Counted from the first letter of the stretch, positions 31,575-43,639 are shown. The stretch: DNA of 64,000 nucleotides from an uncultured Prochlorococcus sp. (GCA_902564695.1 CACFCB010000004.1:4630-68629), one strand, 5' to 3'. Numbers and translations: made by a program. Notes: a model not told the origin generated them from the sequence alone.

Positions 31575-32726
31575 TTAATAGTCAACTCCCCGTTTTAAGT
31601 CAACGCCTTTTTCTGCATAATGCTTATGGCAAACCATCTCAGAGTGGACACTGGCTAAATCAAAATATATAGGATGATTCTTGCATCTACCTGTAATAAT
31701 CACCTCCGTCTCTGAGGGTTTGCGAAGCAATGTTTGAACTATAGGCTCAACTGGTAGAAGCTCTAAATCAACAGTTGGATTTAACTCATCCAAAATGACT
31801 GTCTTATATAAACCACTTGAAATAGCTGCTCTCGCAATTTCCCATGCCCTTTCAGCCTCAACATAATCAATGGGCTGTTGTTGGCCTCTCCAAACAATCG
31901 CATCTCTACCAGATCGAAGATGATCGACTAAATGAGGATAACTCTCTCGAAGGGCTGCAATAGCTGCATCCTCTGTATATCCACTACCACCTTTAAGCCA
32001 TTGCAAAATTAAAACACGATGACTTTTATCCTGACTAATTCCTCTACCAATAGCTTGTAAAGCTTTTCCCAAAGCACTCGTTGATTTTCCTTTTCCTTCA
32101 CCTGTATATATTTCAATACCATCTATATTTGTTTCCAAAAGAATTTCCTGGTTATTAATTTCTGGACGTCTATGAGCTTTCATCTCAGAATGAAGTTCTG
32201 CAATTTTAATAAGAGGGTTTGGTGCTGCTCTTCCAGTCACAATAATTTCCATACCATTTGGTCTAGAAACTAGTGTTTTCACAACTTCTTCTACCTGTAA
32301 CAACCCTAAATCTAAAACAGGATTCAATTCGTCTAAAACAACAACCGAATAAAGTGCGCTCGCAATTGCCCCTTTTGCTATATCCCACCCTCTTTGTGCT
32401 TCTTTGTAATCAAATTTTGTAGATTCATCAGCGGTAAAAAATTCACCACGACCCGTTCTGACTTGATCAATAAGATGAGGAAATCCTTGCTGTAAAGCAT
32501 CTATTGCTGCATCTTCATCATATGCGCGTCCAGGTCCTTTCAAAAATCTCAAAAGTAATACTCTAGTTTGTCGTTTTTCACATATTCCTAGACCTATTGT
32601 TCTTAAAACGACTCCCAAAGCTGCCTGGCTCTTTCCCTTACCCTCGCCGTCATATACATGTAGTTGTCCATGACTACGTTCCTGACTTTCCGATGCCGTC
32701 GTAATCCCTATACCGTTTGATACCAC
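31575..32726 (-). CDS. cobO: Cob(I)yrinic acid a,c-diamide adenosyltransferase with a tandem duplicated domain
   Basis: Two repeats of GEGKGKS...LDELNP...ITGR...SEM. Confidence 0.9.
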   Translation of the reverse strand: MVSNGIGITTASESQERSHGQLHVYDGEGKGKSQAALGVVLRTIGLGICEKRQTRVLLLRFLKGPGRAYDEDAAIDALQQGFPHLIDQVRTGRGEFFTADESTKFDYKEAQRGWDIAKGAIASALYSVVVLDELNPVLDLGLLQVEEVVKTLVSRPNGMEIIVTGRAAPNPLIKIAELHSEMKAHRRPEINNQEILLETNIDGIEIYTGEGKGKSTSALGKALQAIGRGISQDKSHRVLILQWLKGGSGYTEDAAIAALRESYPHLVDHLRSGRDAIVWRGQQQPIDYVEAERAWEIARAAISSGLYKTVILDELNPTVDLELLPVEPIVQTLLRKPSETEVIITGRCKNHPIYFDLASVHSEMVCHKHYAEKGVDLKRGVDY

Positions 32727-32862
32727 GATCGATAATTATGATTCGTATGTATGCAACTTAACTTCTTCTCCGTGAGACGTCATAGAATATGCAAAACACA
32801 TACAAATGCCAACGAGTTTAGAACATTAAATTTACAGAAAAACTAATCATCCCAAAAAAATC

Positions 32863-33705
32863 GTGTTTTTTAGTCAACTTGAATTCTTAAATGATAAAGA
32901 GCTCAAACAATTAGAATTATTGAGAGAATTTATAAATACTATCGATCATGCTTGTATTGCTTACTCTGGAGGTGTTGATAGTTCTTTAGTTGCTACCATA
33001 GCTCAAGAACAATTAGGCTCAAGAGCCTTTGCTGTAACTGGTGTTTCCCCTTCATTGGCACCATATCTACTTAAGCAAGCTCGTCTACAAGCTGCCTGGA
33101 TTGGCATACGTCATGAAGAATGCCACACTCAGGAAATCAATGAACCAAATTACTTCAAGAATCCCGAAAATAGATGCTTCGCATGCAAAAAAGAATTACA
33201 CAAACACTTAAAGCAAATATCAAATAGATATTTTAGTGCACAAGTTCTGGATGGAGTAAATCACGATGATCTTAACGATTATCGTCCTGGCATTCATGCA
33301 TCTATGCAGGCAGGAGTGAGATCTCCACTGGCAGAACTTAAAATAAATAAAAAATCCATTCGTTCTATTTCTAAATCACTTGGATTACCATGGTGGGATA
33401 AACCAGCTCAACCATGTTTAGCCTCTCGCATCCCTTTTGGAGAAGAAATCAGTTCTAAAAGACTTGAACAAATTGCTTTAGCAGAAGAATGGATCATTAA
33501 TCAAGGCTTTAAAAAAGTACGTGTGAGAAGTCAAGGTTTATCAGCCAGAATAGAATTACCTAAAAATGAAATAGACAGTTTTCTTAAAATTATTGAAAAG
33601 GATAAAATCGTTAAATATTTTTTATCTATAGGTTTTAATTCGATTAGCCTTGACTTAGAAGGTTTAATTAGTGGCAAGCTAACTAGAGACATAAATGTTA
33701 TTTAA
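32863..33705 (+). CDS. larE: LarE-like PP-loop ATP-dependent sulfur transferase
   Basis: AYSGGVDS, NRCFACK, DYRPG, PCLASRIPFG. Confidence 0.88.
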   Translation: MFFSQLEFLNDKELKQLELLREFINTIDHACIAYSGGVDSSLVATIAQEQLGSRAFAVTGVSPSLAPYLLKQARLQAAWIGIRHEECHTQEINEPNYFKNPENRCFACKKELHKHLKQISNRYFSAQVLDGVNHDDLNDYRPGIHASMQAGVRSPLAELKINKKSIRSISKSLGLPWWDKPAQPCLASRIPFGEEISSKRLEQIALAEEWIINQGFKKVRVRSQGLSARIELPKNEIDSFLKIIEKDKIVKYFLSIGFNSISLDLEGLISGKLTRDINVI

Positions 33706-33756
33706 TTTGTAATTTTTAAGGTTCACTTCTAATCACTAGAAAATATTAATTCTCAC

Positions 33757-34224
33757 TCAAGGATCACGATGCAAAGATTGAATACCCTCAGGGATTTCTC
33801 TTTTGATCTTTTTAAAAGAATAGTGCTTCGCAGAAAAATCATTAGAAAGGAATTTACAAGCCTTTTCAGGCATCGTATGATCACCACAGGTAAAAACATC
33901 AATAGCGGCATAACCAATCTCAGGCCAAGTATGAATGGATATATGAGATTCAGCTAATAAAGCTAATCCTGTAACCCCCTGAGGATTAAAGCTATGTGTT
34001 ACTAAATTAATTAAAGTTGCACCTGCAATTTTGGCTGATGAAGTGATAGTTGTCCTGACAAAAGCTTCATCATTAAGCTTAGCCTTATCACATTGATAAA
34101 GTTCAAGTATAAAGTGCCTACCAATATTCTCTATGGAAATAGCATGCAGGTCATCTGTATCTCTTGTATTTTTATCTTGTTGCCATCCAGGATTTGGATG
34201 CAATTCTGGGAAAAAAGATTCCAT
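33757..34224 (-). CDS. speD: S-adenosylmethionine decarboxylase proenzyme
   Basis: [24 protein letters not shown]. Confidence 0.92.
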   Translation of the reverse strand: MESFFPELHPNPGWQQDKNTRDTDDLHAISIENIGRHFILELYQCDKAKLNDEAFVRTTITSSAKIAGATLINLVTHSFNPQGVTGLALLAESHISIHTWPEIGYAAIDVFTCGDHTMPEKACKFLSNDFSAKHYSFKKIKREIPEGIQSLHRDP

Positions 34225-34255
34225 GACTATAAAAAATTATCCCCACAATAACCGA

Positions 34256-35440
34256 CTAATAGTTGGAACCAAAGGAATCTAATTGCATTAATTGTGAGTT
34301 TCGTACCCATTCACCTTCAAAAGATTCCAAATGCGTTGTACTAATTAAACATTGATGTGTTTGACCTACAGCATCTAAAAGCAATAATTGCCTTTTAGGA
34401 TCTAACTCTGCTAATACATCATCTAGAAGCAATATTGGAGATTTTCCATACAATATTTTTATTAATTCTAACTCTGCCATTTTCAAAGCTAAAACAATAG
34501 TTCTTTGCTGACCAGCGGACCCAAAACGTCTAGCATCCACCCCATTCAATAAAAACTTTACATCATCACGATGAGGTCCTACTTTGCAATTACCTGTTTT
34601 CTCTTCATCAGGTCTCATTTCTAAAAGTTGACGTTCAATACTCTCTCGCCATAGGCTCTCAGTCTCCTCACCCACAAGTTCACTACCAGGCAAATATGAA
34701 ATATTTAATGTTTCTTTATTATTGCTTAACTGTTTTTGCCAATGAGAAGCTAACGGTAGTAGACGATTTAAAATACGCCTACGTCTTCGATGGATTCTGG
34801 TACTCACTAAAGCCATTTGCATATCAAAAGAATCCAATAAAATATTTTGATCTTGAATTGATGCAATCCTGAATTTTTTCCAAAGTTGACTTCTTTGCCT
34901 AAGCAACCTGGAAAACCTACTAATCAAGTCAGAATAAATAGGCTCAAGTTGTTGAACTATTCTATCAAGCCAGTTTCTTCTTAGAGATGGTTCACCTCTA
35001 ATCAACTCTAAATCAAGAGCACTAAAGACAACACTTCTCATGGGTCCAATCAAATCAATTTGGCGAGTCAAAAGTTTGTCATTCTTAAAAGCTTTTCTAC
35101 CACCTTTTCTATTTAATTCTAAAGAAACTATTTGCTCATCTTCACTCATTGCCGTTAAAAAAGCTTTTTCTTCATCCCAAAAAATCAAATCCTGATTTCT
35201 GTTAGATCGATGCGAACGCAAACTGGATAATAACTCCACGGATTCAAGAAGATTAGATTTACCAATCCCATTTGGACCTATTACTATCAAACGATTTTCA
35301 GTTAACTGAAGCTGAAACCGACGATAATTTCGAAAATTATTAAGTTCTAACTGATGAAGCTGAATGTTTCTTTGAGCAATTATATGTAAGCTAATTTTAA
35401 TAAGGTCTTTGTTTTTGGCCTTATTTTTATTACAACCCAT
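34256..35440 (-). CDS. recF: DNA replication/repair protein RecF (start uncertain)
   Basis: [37 protein letters not shown]. Confidence 0.95.
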   Translation of the reverse strand: MGCNKNKAKNKDLIKISLHIIAQRNIQLHQLELNNFRNYRRFQLQLTENRLIVIGPNGIGKSNLLESVELLSSLRSHRSNRNQDLIFWDEEKAFLTAMSEDEQIVSLELNRKGGRKAFKNDKLLTRQIDLIGPMRSVVFSALDLELIRGEPSLRRNWLDRIVQQLEPIYSDLISRFSRLLRQRSQLWKKFRIASIQDQNILLDSFDMQMALVSTRIHRRRRRILNRLLPLASHWQKQLSNNKETLNISYLPGSELVGEETESLWRESIERQLLEMRPDEEKTGNCKVGPHRDDVKFLLNGVDARRFGSAGQQRTIVLALKMAELELIKILYGKSPILLLDDVLAELDPKRQLLLLDAVGQTHQCLISTTHLESFEGEWVRNSQLMQLDSFGSNY

Positions 35441-35444
35441 TTTT

Positions 35445-35518
35445 GGGCATGTAGCTCAGTTGGATAGAGCATCAGATTCCGGTTCTGAGAGTCGGGGGTT
35501 CGAGTCCCTCCATGCTCG
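35445..35518 (+). tRNA. trnR: tRNA-Arg(CCG)
   Basis: GGGCATG...TCAGA-TTCCGGT-TCTGA...GGTTCGAGTCC...CATGCTCG. Confidence 0.96.
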
Positions 35519-35533
35519 TAAAAAAGAACATTT

Positions 35534-35986
35534 TCAAAGTCTAAAGCCCATCGTTTTGATTCCATTTGGATCCAATAAAAATCCATTAGCTTTTAATGCG
35601 TTTAATGAAATTAATGGAGCAGCAACAGAAATACTACAACCTGGCAATTCCCTTCGAATGATTTCAATCGCCTTAAAAACTATAATAGAAATATATTTTT
35701 CTTGTTGATCGCCCGGCTCTGCGACCAAATCCCACAAATTTGCATTTAAACCTTTATCGCTAGAGACACGAACGAAGCCCACCAGATTCTCAGAATTCTT
35801 ATGTAGCAGGGTTAAATAAAAATCACTACTTTTCAGGGCTAGTTCTAACTTTCTTGGTTGATGTGTATCTTGATTACACCTTGATAGGAGCCTATTTATT
35901 TGACGTACAGAAACATTTTCACTTCTTAGAAGAACAAAGCCATTGGGAATTTGAGGGCATGAATTTGACGAATTTAATCCAAGCAT
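35534..35986 (-). CDS. GNAT-like N-acetyltransferase (Ycf52-like)
   Basis: LVGFVRVSSD...ANLWDLVAEP, GFLLDP.GI. Confidence 0.7.
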   Translation of the reverse strand: MLGLNSSNSCPQIPNGFVLLRSENVSVRQINRLLSRCNQDTHQPRKLELALKSSDFYLTLLHKNSENLVGFVRVSSDKGLNANLWDLVAEPGDQQEKYISIIVFKAIEIIRRELPGCSISVAAPLISLNALKANGFLLDPNGIKTMGFRL

Positions 35987-35987
35987 T

Positions 35988-38900
35988 TCATCCTGTATTC
36001 CTCATGCCAGCAGCAATACCATTAATTGTCAACAATGCACCACGTAATAATTCACTACGACTATATGTTCGCGGACTTTCACCTGAGTCAACACCGATAT
36101 CCTCACTAATTGGTGGTTGACGATTCTGATCTCTCAATCGTTTTAGAAGAGCAACTTGTAAAAATCCTAAGGGAACAATAGTCCTATTTCTAAGATTCAC
36201 AGACAATTGCAAAGCGGGGTCAGCACTTAATAGTTTTGGCTTATCTGTAATTTCCAAAATTAATTTCTTAGTCAAGCTATATTCGCTTGAGATAATCTCA
36301 AAAATACGAGCAAAGGCATCGCGATTTTCATTACCACCTAAACTGACCATATAGTGATGCGCAACATCTAAATCCACTTTTGAGAGTGTCATCTCTACTT
36401 TAGAGATCAACATTCTAAAAAAAGGCCATCTCTGATTCAACATTCGTAACAACTCCATTTGGTCTGGATCTGTTTTGAGTTCATGAGCTAAAGCAGTCCC
36501 AACACCAAACCAACTTGGTAAAAGAAAGCGGCTTTGAGTCCAACCAAACACCCATGGGATAGCACGAAGACTTGACAAGTCTTTTGCCCCACTCTTTCTA
36601 CGAGCTGGACGACTAGAAATTTGCAACTTACTTATTTCCTCTATTGGAGTAACTACTTGAAAAAATTGAACCAATTCGGGATTATCATGGACAAGAGCTC
36701 GGTAGTGCTCCCTTGAACGACCAGCAAGTCTAGTCATCAATTCATTCCAACTGGGAGTAGCATCTAACTTATTTGTAACTAAACTATTTTGTAATACAGC
36801 TGTCGTTACAGTCTCCAGATTATAAAGGGCTAATTCAGGAAGACTATATTTTGAAGCAAGAACCTCTCCTTGTTCAGTGATTTTTATACGTCCTTGAAGT
36901 GTCCCACTAGGTTGAGCCAAAATTGCTTGATAAGCTGGTCCTCCCCCCCTTCCAACAGATCCACCTCGACCATGGAAAAGTCGTAACGCTATCCCTTGTC
37001 TACTAGCAAGATCCTGCAGTGCTATTTGAGCCTTATGAATTTCCCAATTACTTGAAAGAAAACCAGAATCCTTATTACTATCAGAGTAACCAAGCATTAG
37101 CTCCTGTAATGGTTGAGTTTTTTCTCCGACTCTTGGAAGTAATTCACGATAAAGCTCTGTTTGAAGAAGAGACTCCATGACAGAAGGTGCTCGTTGTAAA
37201 TCCTCAACTGTTTCAAACAATGGAACAACCAGAAAATCAGCAACACCTAAAGTTGGATCAATCAGACCTGACTCTTTAGCCAAAAGAAGAACTTCTAATA
37301 AATCTGAAGCTGTATGACTCATGGAAATCACATATGAGCGACAGATACGAGTCCCAAATTCTTTCTGTAATCTATGAAGCATATGAAATACTGAAATAGT
37401 TTCTTGCGTACTTTTAGACCACTCAAAAGCTGGTGGGATCAACGGCCTACGAGTTTTCAATTCCTTCGTCAACCATTTGACTCGATTTTCCTCATCCATT
37501 TCCCCATATGTCTTGGGCAAATCTAAATACCTAGTGAGTTCATCTAAGGCATCACTATGTCGTGTGCTTTCTTGTCGAATGTCTAAACTAGCTAAAGAGA
37601 AGCCAAAAATATGCACTTGATTCAATAACGTATCTAGAGGTTCACACGTGAGATTCGTACTAATCAGACTTTTTCTAATAAGTTCCAATTCATTTGTAAA
37701 TTCATCTACAGATCTATAGTGGAGTAATTCATCAAAGCTATTATTAGTAGCCATTAATGGCTTACCTTCAGGAGAGAATTGCCATCCAGCATCTGCTAAT
37801 TGCTTATTACGTTGTTGAGTAAGTCGTAATCTCTCCAATGTATAGCTAAGTTTTAAGCGATAAGGTTCTAAACGATATCTAGCAGCTCTTTCTTCATAAA
37901 CCTCTGGAAAACGGACTCTATCCATCTCTAAAGACTCAAGCAAAGGAGAACTGACTTGACTCCATTGCATAGAAATGCTCAATTGATCTCTTAACTCTTG
38001 GACTGATGCAATATATCTATCCAACATTAATTGTCTCTGATAGCATGCAGTCCTCCATGTAATCTCAGGAGTCACAGAAGGATTACCGTCACGATCAGAA
38101 CCTACCCATGAACCAAATGTACAAAACGCTTCTTGAGGAATTTCAACATCTGGATAACTTGAAGCTAATGCAGTAGTCAATCTCCTTCTTAATTGAGGCA
38201 TTGCATCAAACAAAACCTGTTGAAAATAATGAAGTGCATAATCAACCTCATCAAGAACAGTTGGTTTAAATTGATGAAGCTCATCAGTTCTCCACCAAAG
38301 TCTAATTTCTTCTTCTAGTTGCAATCTAAATATTTCCTTCTCATTGTCAGAGATTGAACTATTAGACTGTAGTTGCTGCAAAAGAGTGGCAACCCTACGC
38401 TGCTTATGACGAACTGTGTGTCTAACTATTTCAGTTGGATGAGCAGTAAAAACAAGCCGAATATCCATCTCCCGCATCAAAGCATCTAGCTGAGCCGGAG
38501 GAACATTTAAACGACGTAAACGCTCAAATAATTGTCGAAAAGTTGCTGGTGCAGTCTGACTGGCTAAAGCTGGAGCAAATGGATCTATTTTTGAATTACT
38601 AACCTCTTTCTTACCTCTTTTCATGCTGTCTAAATAACTATCTTCTTCTATGCGTTGTTCAAGAATATTGACTAACTGAAAATAAAGAGAAAAAGCCCTT
38701 GCAGCAGATATCGCTTCTGCTAAGTCCATTTCTGTTATTAATTGAACAATTGCTTGCGAAGAATTATCTTGATTAGATGCAATCGGGTCACTTAATTGCT
38801 TTAACCGCAATAATCTCTCCGTTTGATCAGGAGGGCATTCACTTTTGAGAACTGTTTTCCAAAGATCCTCAACCAATTCAAGCCTTTGCTGCAATAAATA

Positions 38901-39008
38901 TCCAGGATCTTGATCCTCAACACATACAGTCGAGTGATTAGGGGTGTTGTCTTTTGGAGAATTTTTCAACATAAACTTATTATGAGGCAGTTCTACCGAC
39001 TTAGTCAC
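35988..39008 (-). CDS. ppc: Phosphoenolpyruvate carboxylase (start may be 38972)
   Basis: [45 protein letters not shown]. Confidence 0.98.
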   Translation of the reverse strand: MTKSVELPHNKFMLKNSPKDNTPNHSTVCVEDQDPGYLLQQRLELVEDLWKTVLKSECPPDQTERLLRLKQLSDPIASNQDNSSQAIVQLITEMDLAEAISAARAFSLYFQLVNILEQRIEEDSYLDSMKRGKKEVSNSKIDPFAPALASQTAPATFRQLFERLRRLNVPPAQLDALMREMDIRLVFTAHPTEIVRHTVRHKQRRVATLLQQLQSNSSISDNEKEIFRLQLEEEIRLWWRTDELHQFKPTVLDEVDYALHYFQQVLFDAMPQLRRRLTTALASSYPDVEIPQEAFCTFGSWVGSDRDGNPSVTPEITWRTACYQRQLMLDRYIASVQELRDQLSISMQWSQVSSPLLESLEMDRVRFPEVYEERAARYRLEPYRLKLSYTLERLRLTQQRNKQLADAGWQFSPEGKPLMATNNSFDELLHYRSVDEFTNELELIRKSLISTNLTCEPLDTLLNQVHIFGFSLASLDIRQESTRHSDALDELTRYLDLPKTYGEMDEENRVKWLTKELKTRRPLIPPAFEWSKSTQETISVFHMLHRLQKEFGTRICRSYVISMSHTASDLLEVLLLAKESGLIDPTLGVADFLVVPLFETVEDLQRAPSVMESLLQTELYRELLPRVGEKTQPLQELMLGYSDSNKDSGFLSSNWEIHKAQIALQDLASRQGIALRLFHGRGGSVGRGGGPAYQAILAQPSGTLQGRIKITEQGEVLASKYSLPELALYNLETVTTAVLQNSLVTNKLDATPSWNELMTRLAGRSREHYRALVHDNPELVQFFQVVTPIEEISKLQISSRPARRKSGAKDLSSLRAIPWVFGWTQSRFLLPSWFGVGTALAHELKTDPDQMELLRMLNQRWPFFRMLISKVEMTLSKVDLDVAHHYMVSLGGNENRDAFARIFEIISSEYSLTKKLILEITDKPKLLSADPALQLSVNLRNRTIVPLGFLQVALLKRLRDQNRQPPISEDIGVDSGESPRTYSRSELLRGALLTINGIAAGMRNTG

Positions 39009-40147
39009 TAATGGATTGATTTCATTTGAATAAAATTTGTCTCTTCTCGTTTCATTTCATTAATTCCTTTCTCAAGCAAGGACTGAATTGATGCTCCCTT
39101 CGAATAAGAATCGAGCCAAAGCATTGCTTGATTTCCGTTTGTTAAAACGGATTCGATAGGTTGAAGTAAATGAAACATATCAAGCTCCTTCGCTAAAGGA
39201 GTTACATCTATCACCATTTCTCTTATCCAATCACGACATTTGATTTGTTTACCATTTTCCCAATGAGATAAATTCGCTTCAAGACTAGATTTTGCTACTA
39301 AGAGATCATTATTATCAGATAAAAAAGCTAATTCTGTTTGATCTTTGGAGCTTGCCTCAATTGGATCGTACTTTTTTGTATTGTTTATAAGATTGATAAT
39401 TCTTAATTCTAGTAAAGCAGTAATAGCCAAAAGCAAATCAACATTACATACCAAGTCACATATCCTAAGTTCTAATCGATTTAAACTATACGGTCTTTCT
39501 GGGCCATTAGGTCTGACCGATGTCCATAAATGTCTCTCATTGTGCATGGTTCCATGACTTAATTGCTCTTCAACCCATCTCACATAATGTGCATGGTCAA
39601 CAAACATGGGAACATTTAAAGGAGTCTTTGGAAATTGAATCCATCTTTGAGAATGCGCTCCCGTTGATTCACCCGCCAAGAAAGGAGAACTAGCACTTAA
39701 TGCAAGGAATAATGATGCTTCGCATCTAACTAATCGAAGTGCAGAAAAAAGTAATGCTAAATGATCAATGCCTAAATTGATATGAATACTTGCAGTTACA
39801 ACGTTTGTTCCATAATTTTTTTCTATAAATGAGTGATATAAGTTTTCTACATCTGAGCGTTGGAAAATTTCAGTATTTCCAAGACTTAAAGTACTACCAG
39901 GAAGAATTGTCAATTTTTTTTGATCAAGCCATTTCCTAAGTTTTTTTCTTGGCAGTAGAAGTGAATGTTTTAAAACTGAGTATCTTTTATCGGGAACTGT
40001 TATGTACTCCAGATTTCTTTGATCAGGTTCCTTAACAAACTCTGGAAGGTCCTTAGTAATAGCAGATGCAACCCCTACATTGTCACCCTCGAAGGTGCCA
40101 GTAAATAGTTCAACTTCAAACCCCTTTAATAGCGTAAAGTTGGTCAT
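39008..40147 (-). CDS. gshA: Glutamate--cysteine ligase, cyanobacterial type
   Basis: [39 protein letters not shown]. Confidence 0.92.
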   Translation of the reverse strand: MTNFTLLKGFEVELFTGTFEGDNVGVASAITKDLPEFVKEPDQRNLEYITVPDKRYSVLKHSLLLPRKKLRKWLDQKKLTILPGSTLSLGNTEIFQRSDVENLYHSFIEKNYGTNVVTASIHINLGIDHLALLFSALRLVRCEASLFLALSASSPFLAGESTGAHSQRWIQFPKTPLNVPMFVDHAHYVRWVEEQLSHGTMHNERHLWTSVRPNGPERPYSLNRLELRICDLVCNVDLLLAITALLELRIINLINNTKKYDPIEASSKDQTELAFLSDNNDLLVAKSSLEANLSHWENGKQIKCRDWIREMVIDVTPLAKELDMFHLLQPIESVLTNGNQAMLWLDSYSKGASIQSLLEKGINEMKREETNFIQMKSIH

Positions 40148-41664
40148 AAATCAGGAGCTTCTAAGCAAGCCAAAGCAGTAAACATCCCTTTAGCCTTATT
40201 TAAAGTTTCTTGATATTCATTAGAAGGAATGGAATCTGCAACAACCCCAGCCCCTGCCTGAACTTGAACAGAGAAATCATTTTTATTTTTTTTGCGAACA
40301 ACCATTGTTCGAATAGTAATAGCAGTATTCAAAGCTCCATTTAAATCTACAGATCCATAAACACCTGAGTAAGGACCTCGACGTTGTTTTTCTAATTGGT
40401 TGATTAGCTGCATTGCTCTAATTTTAGGAGCCCCACTTACAGTTCCTGCAGGGAAAGAAGCCAGCAACAAATCCCAAACATCACTGTCTTTTTTCAGGGT
40501 TCCTTCTACTTCACTGACTATGTGCATTACATGCGAATATTTTTCAATAATCATCAATTCTTTTACAAAAACACTACCTGGGGAGCAAACGCGGCCTAAA
40601 TCATTTCTCCCCAAATCTACTAGCATCACATGCTCAGCTCTCTCTTTAGGATCATTTAAAAGATCATTCTTCAAAGTTGAATCTTCCAATTCATCTTTAC
40701 CTCTTGGACGTGTGCCCGCAATTGGTCTCAAACTAGCTTTAATACCTTGATCTGTTTGTTTAGCCTTCACCATTACCTCTGGACTTGAGCCAATAAGTTG
40801 CCAATCTCCAAAATCAAAAAATGCCATAAATGGAGAAGGGTTTACCATTCTCAAACTTCGATACAATTCAAAAGGTTTTTGAACAACTGTTGACTCCAAT
40901 TTTTGACTAAGAACTAACTGAAAAATATCACCTTTTCTAATAAATTCTTTTGCTTTTTTGACACTGTCTTCGAATTCATTTTTTGTCGAATTACTTTTCA
41001 TATCAAGTGCTCTATTTCCTTTTTGACTCCACTGCAAAGACTTTACTGGCTTCAAAGAATCAGCCATTAAATTTTGAAGTTCATTAATTTGTCCACAAGC
41101 AATTTCATATGCTTTTTCTGTTGATATGTCATCAGTCAAATTTCCATATGCAACAGCTGTAATGAGACGTTTTACTTGATCAAAAATAAGAATTTTATCC
41201 ATAAACATCCAAATGCCGTCAGGTAAATCTTGATCAGATAATTCATAAATAGGCACTTTATTTTCAATCCATTGAATTAATTCATATCCCCACATTCCAA
41301 ATAATTGCCCTAGTTGAGGCAAGCCTGACAGCGAAACAGATTTATAGGGCTCAAGCATTTTCCGAACTATTTCAAATGGATTTCCATTAAACTTTTCTTG
41401 TTTTCCATTTCTCCAGCATCTGGTTAACTGATTTCCTCTTACTGTCACTATCCAAAGAGGATCTGAGGCAACAACACTCCACCTTCCAAGAGTTTCTCCA
41501 CCCTCTACGGATTCAAGTAATACTCCTGGTGGATTATCATTCCCAACCTTTAGCCAAGTTGTAAGGGGAGTTTCTAAATCAGCAGGCCAACTTTTAGCCA
41601 CTGGAATATAGTTGGCACCCTTTGAAGCCGATAAAACAAATTGTTTTTTATCAAAACTAAGCAT
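40144..41664 (-). CDS. trpE: Anthranilate synthase component I
   Basis: LLESVEGGE, GSSPE, PIAGTR, KERAEHVMLVDLGRND, GAPKIRAM. Confidence 0.95.
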   Translation of the reverse strand: MLSFDKKQFVLSASKGANYIPVAKSWPADLETPLTTWLKVGNDNPPGVLLESVEGGETLGRWSVVASDPLWIVTVRGNQLTRCWRNGKQEKFNGNPFEIVRKMLEPYKSVSLSGLPQLGQLFGMWGYELIQWIENKVPIYELSDQDLPDGIWMFMDKILIFDQVKRLITAVAYGNLTDDISTEKAYEIACGQINELQNLMADSLKPVKSLQWSQKGNRALDMKSNSTKNEFEDSVKKAKEFIRKGDIFQLVLSQKLESTVVQKPFELYRSLRMVNPSPFMAFFDFGDWQLIGSSPEVMVKAKQTDQGIKASLRPIAGTRPRGKDELEDSTLKNDLLNDPKERAEHVMLVDLGRNDLGRVCSPGSVFVKELMIIEKYSHVMHIVSEVEGTLKKDSDVWDLLLASFPAGTVSGAPKIRAMQLINQLEKQRRGPYSGVYGSVDLNGALNTAITIRTMVVRKKNKNDFSVQVQAGAGVVADSIPSNEYQETLNKAKGMFTALACLEAPDL

Positions 41665-41725
41665 GACCGCATAATGGCAGCCAAATATCTAGATTTAAAG
41701 GGTTCAAAAGTTTAAAGTGAATTAA

Positions 41726-42151
41726 TCAAGCATCGTAAGTCTTTTTTCCGCTAAATTTCAAGCTAGCAGGATTAGGATTTTCTCCAATACGTCTATTGTT
41801 ATACCCCTCCTTTAGGCGGCCTTCGTTCGGCTTTTCGGAGAAAACTCCATCTTTAGGGAAAAGTAATTCTCTATCTCCTCCAGGATAAATTCTATAAATT
41901 TGACATGTTTCTATTCTTGGTTTGAATCCCCTTAATTGAGTATTCAATGCAAAACATTGTTCTTTTCTAGCAAAATACATAAGGTTTTCACCAGCATGCA
42001 TAACTGCAGCACCGCCTGTTGGAAGCTCAAAAACCTCGGACTTTGGACTTGTCCAAGTAATAGCATATTTTTCTTCTGTTTCGGCTGAATTGAGAAGTCC
42101 TCCAGTGCTACCGATGTGCTTTGGAAGAGTTCCAGGTAATACTTCGGTCAT
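41726..42151 (-). CDS. psaD: Photosystem I subunit II
   Basis: [40 protein letters not shown]. Confidence 0.96.
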   Translation of the reverse strand: MTEVLPGTLPKHIGSTGGLLNSAETEEKYAITWTSPKSEVFELPTGGAAVMHAGENLMYFARKEQCFALNTQLRGFKPRIETCQIYRIYPGGDRELLFPKDGVFSEKPNEGRLKEGYNNRRIGENPNPASLKFSGKKTYDA

Positions 42152-42247
42152 TTTTTGAATTAAATCTGCTTTTTCTTTGTATTTTTAAATTAGCACTTTA
42201 TTTTGTGCCTTTTAACTCATTCGAAGTCAACTTCACACGCGTCAACA

Positions 42248-43639
42248 TTAATTAAGCAGATCGAATTCTTTATCTTCGAAAATAGGAAAAAATATAGTCA
42301 TTCCACTATCTCGCCTATTAGTTAAACGACCACCAAGACTTTTTAAAAGCCTTTGAGTAGCAGCCTGACTAAGTTGCAAATTTCCCGTAGTTGGATTCCA
42401 ACTCAAGACTGGACCAATCTCTTCATTAGAAACATTTTCGGATAATTCTGAATTATCAATTGCAGAAAGCTGAGTTAAAATTTGAAGTTTGAGTCTGTGT
42501 CCGGCTGGCCTTAATTTCAAAGTTAGTTCTCCCCCAGATTGCAATCCACGAGTACTACGATCAATTAAACCAGTTAACATTAATTCAAGGCCTTCAGAAT
42601 CACTAAGAACTTTTGGCAAATCTGGAGTTATATCTAAAAGTAGTTTCAGGCCTTTTCTTTCTAGGTGATTGCTCCAAACTGGAGAAAGCAATGAAAGCAT
42701 TTTTCCTAAATCAGTTAAAGCTAAATTTGATTTTTCAGGCTTACTTCTCTCTAACTCAACTGCATTAAAAATCAAACCAAAACGATCAATTTGTTCTGTA
42801 CATTCAATATCTATTTGCTTCAAACGGTTTTCAACTATTGGAGGCAAGTTTTGCTTCCTAAGAAGTGATCTTATTAGAGTTCTTATTGTTGCTAATGGAG
42901 TTCTAATTTCATGTGTTAAAGCTTCTAACAATGAAATCTCACTATTCTTTTTAATTGATTTTTGATCATCAACGATCTTGTCTGGCAAAGTTTGAATATT
43001 TAAGCTTGGTGCTATATCTGCAAGCCTTTGAGACAGTAATGGCCAAAAAATTTTTGATAAATCATCATTTGTTTTTAGCTGTCCCATTTCCCCTAACGCA
43101 TTTCTAAGATTATGAGCTTGTTGAATATTTTCGATATTTAATCGATTGTCTAGCAATGTTAAAAGATCACTCAAAGTTTCAGGATCACTTCGCATTAATA
43201 ATTTCCGCTCCTCACGTTTACCTTCTAAGGCCAAAGCAATTTGAATTTCAGGAGTGATGACTATCAGTAATGGATCATTGCCATCTTCGTCTAATAGAGT
43301 CAGCCGCTCATAGTCTGAAGGATTACTATGAATATCTACAGAAATAGATTGAGTAGGAGGCAACATACCAATGGAAGGATTTTGGAGATTTAACAAATCT
43401 TTTGGTGCCCACACCCATCCTTGAAAACGTTTTAAAAGTTTTGGTTCATATAAGGCAGGCAGAGGTGAAGACAACCATAAACCTCGAGTAAGGTTCATTG
43501 GTAGCAAGATATCTGATTGAAGTGTGTCTAAAGCTGCCCACCACATTCTTCTTACAGCTGATTCATTACATGCTGACTGAGGAACCCCCTCAGCCATCCT
43601 TTGCTGTAAATCCTTTATCGTGATTGGTGAAGAACTCAT
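42248..43639 (-). CDS. Sensor histidine kinase, Hik2-like
   Basis: H-box LTHEIRTPL; IDIECTEQIDR; atypical C-terminal TGNLQLS. Confidence 0.8.
   Translation of the reverse strand: MSSSPITIKDLQQRMAEGVPQSACNESAVRRMWWAALDTLQSDILLPMNLTRGLWLSSPLPALYEPKLLKRFQGWVWAPKDLLNLQNPSIGMLPPTQSISVDIHSNPSDYERLTLLDEDGNDPLLIVITPEIQIALALEGKREERKLLMRSDPETLSDLLTLLDNRLNIENIQQAHNLRNALGEMGQLKTNDDLSKIFWPLLSQRLADIAPSLNIQTLPDKIVDDQKSIKKNSEISLLEALTHEIRTPLATIRTLIRSLLRKQNLPPIVENRLKQIDIECTEQIDRFGLIFNAVELERSKPEKSNLALTDLGKMLSLLSPVWSNHLERKGLKLLLDITPDLPKVLSDSEGLELMLTGLIDRSTRGLQSGGELTLKLRPAGHRLKLQILTQLSAIDNSELSENVSNEEIGPVLSWNPTTGNLQLSQAATQRLLKSLGGRLTNRRDSGMTIFFPIFEDKEFDLLN

Noticed and set aside
35380-35708. ORFs 35380-35586 (-) and 35409-35708 (+) spanning tRNA-Arg
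   Set aside because: Translations of the tRNA and neighbouring genes; no supporting features.
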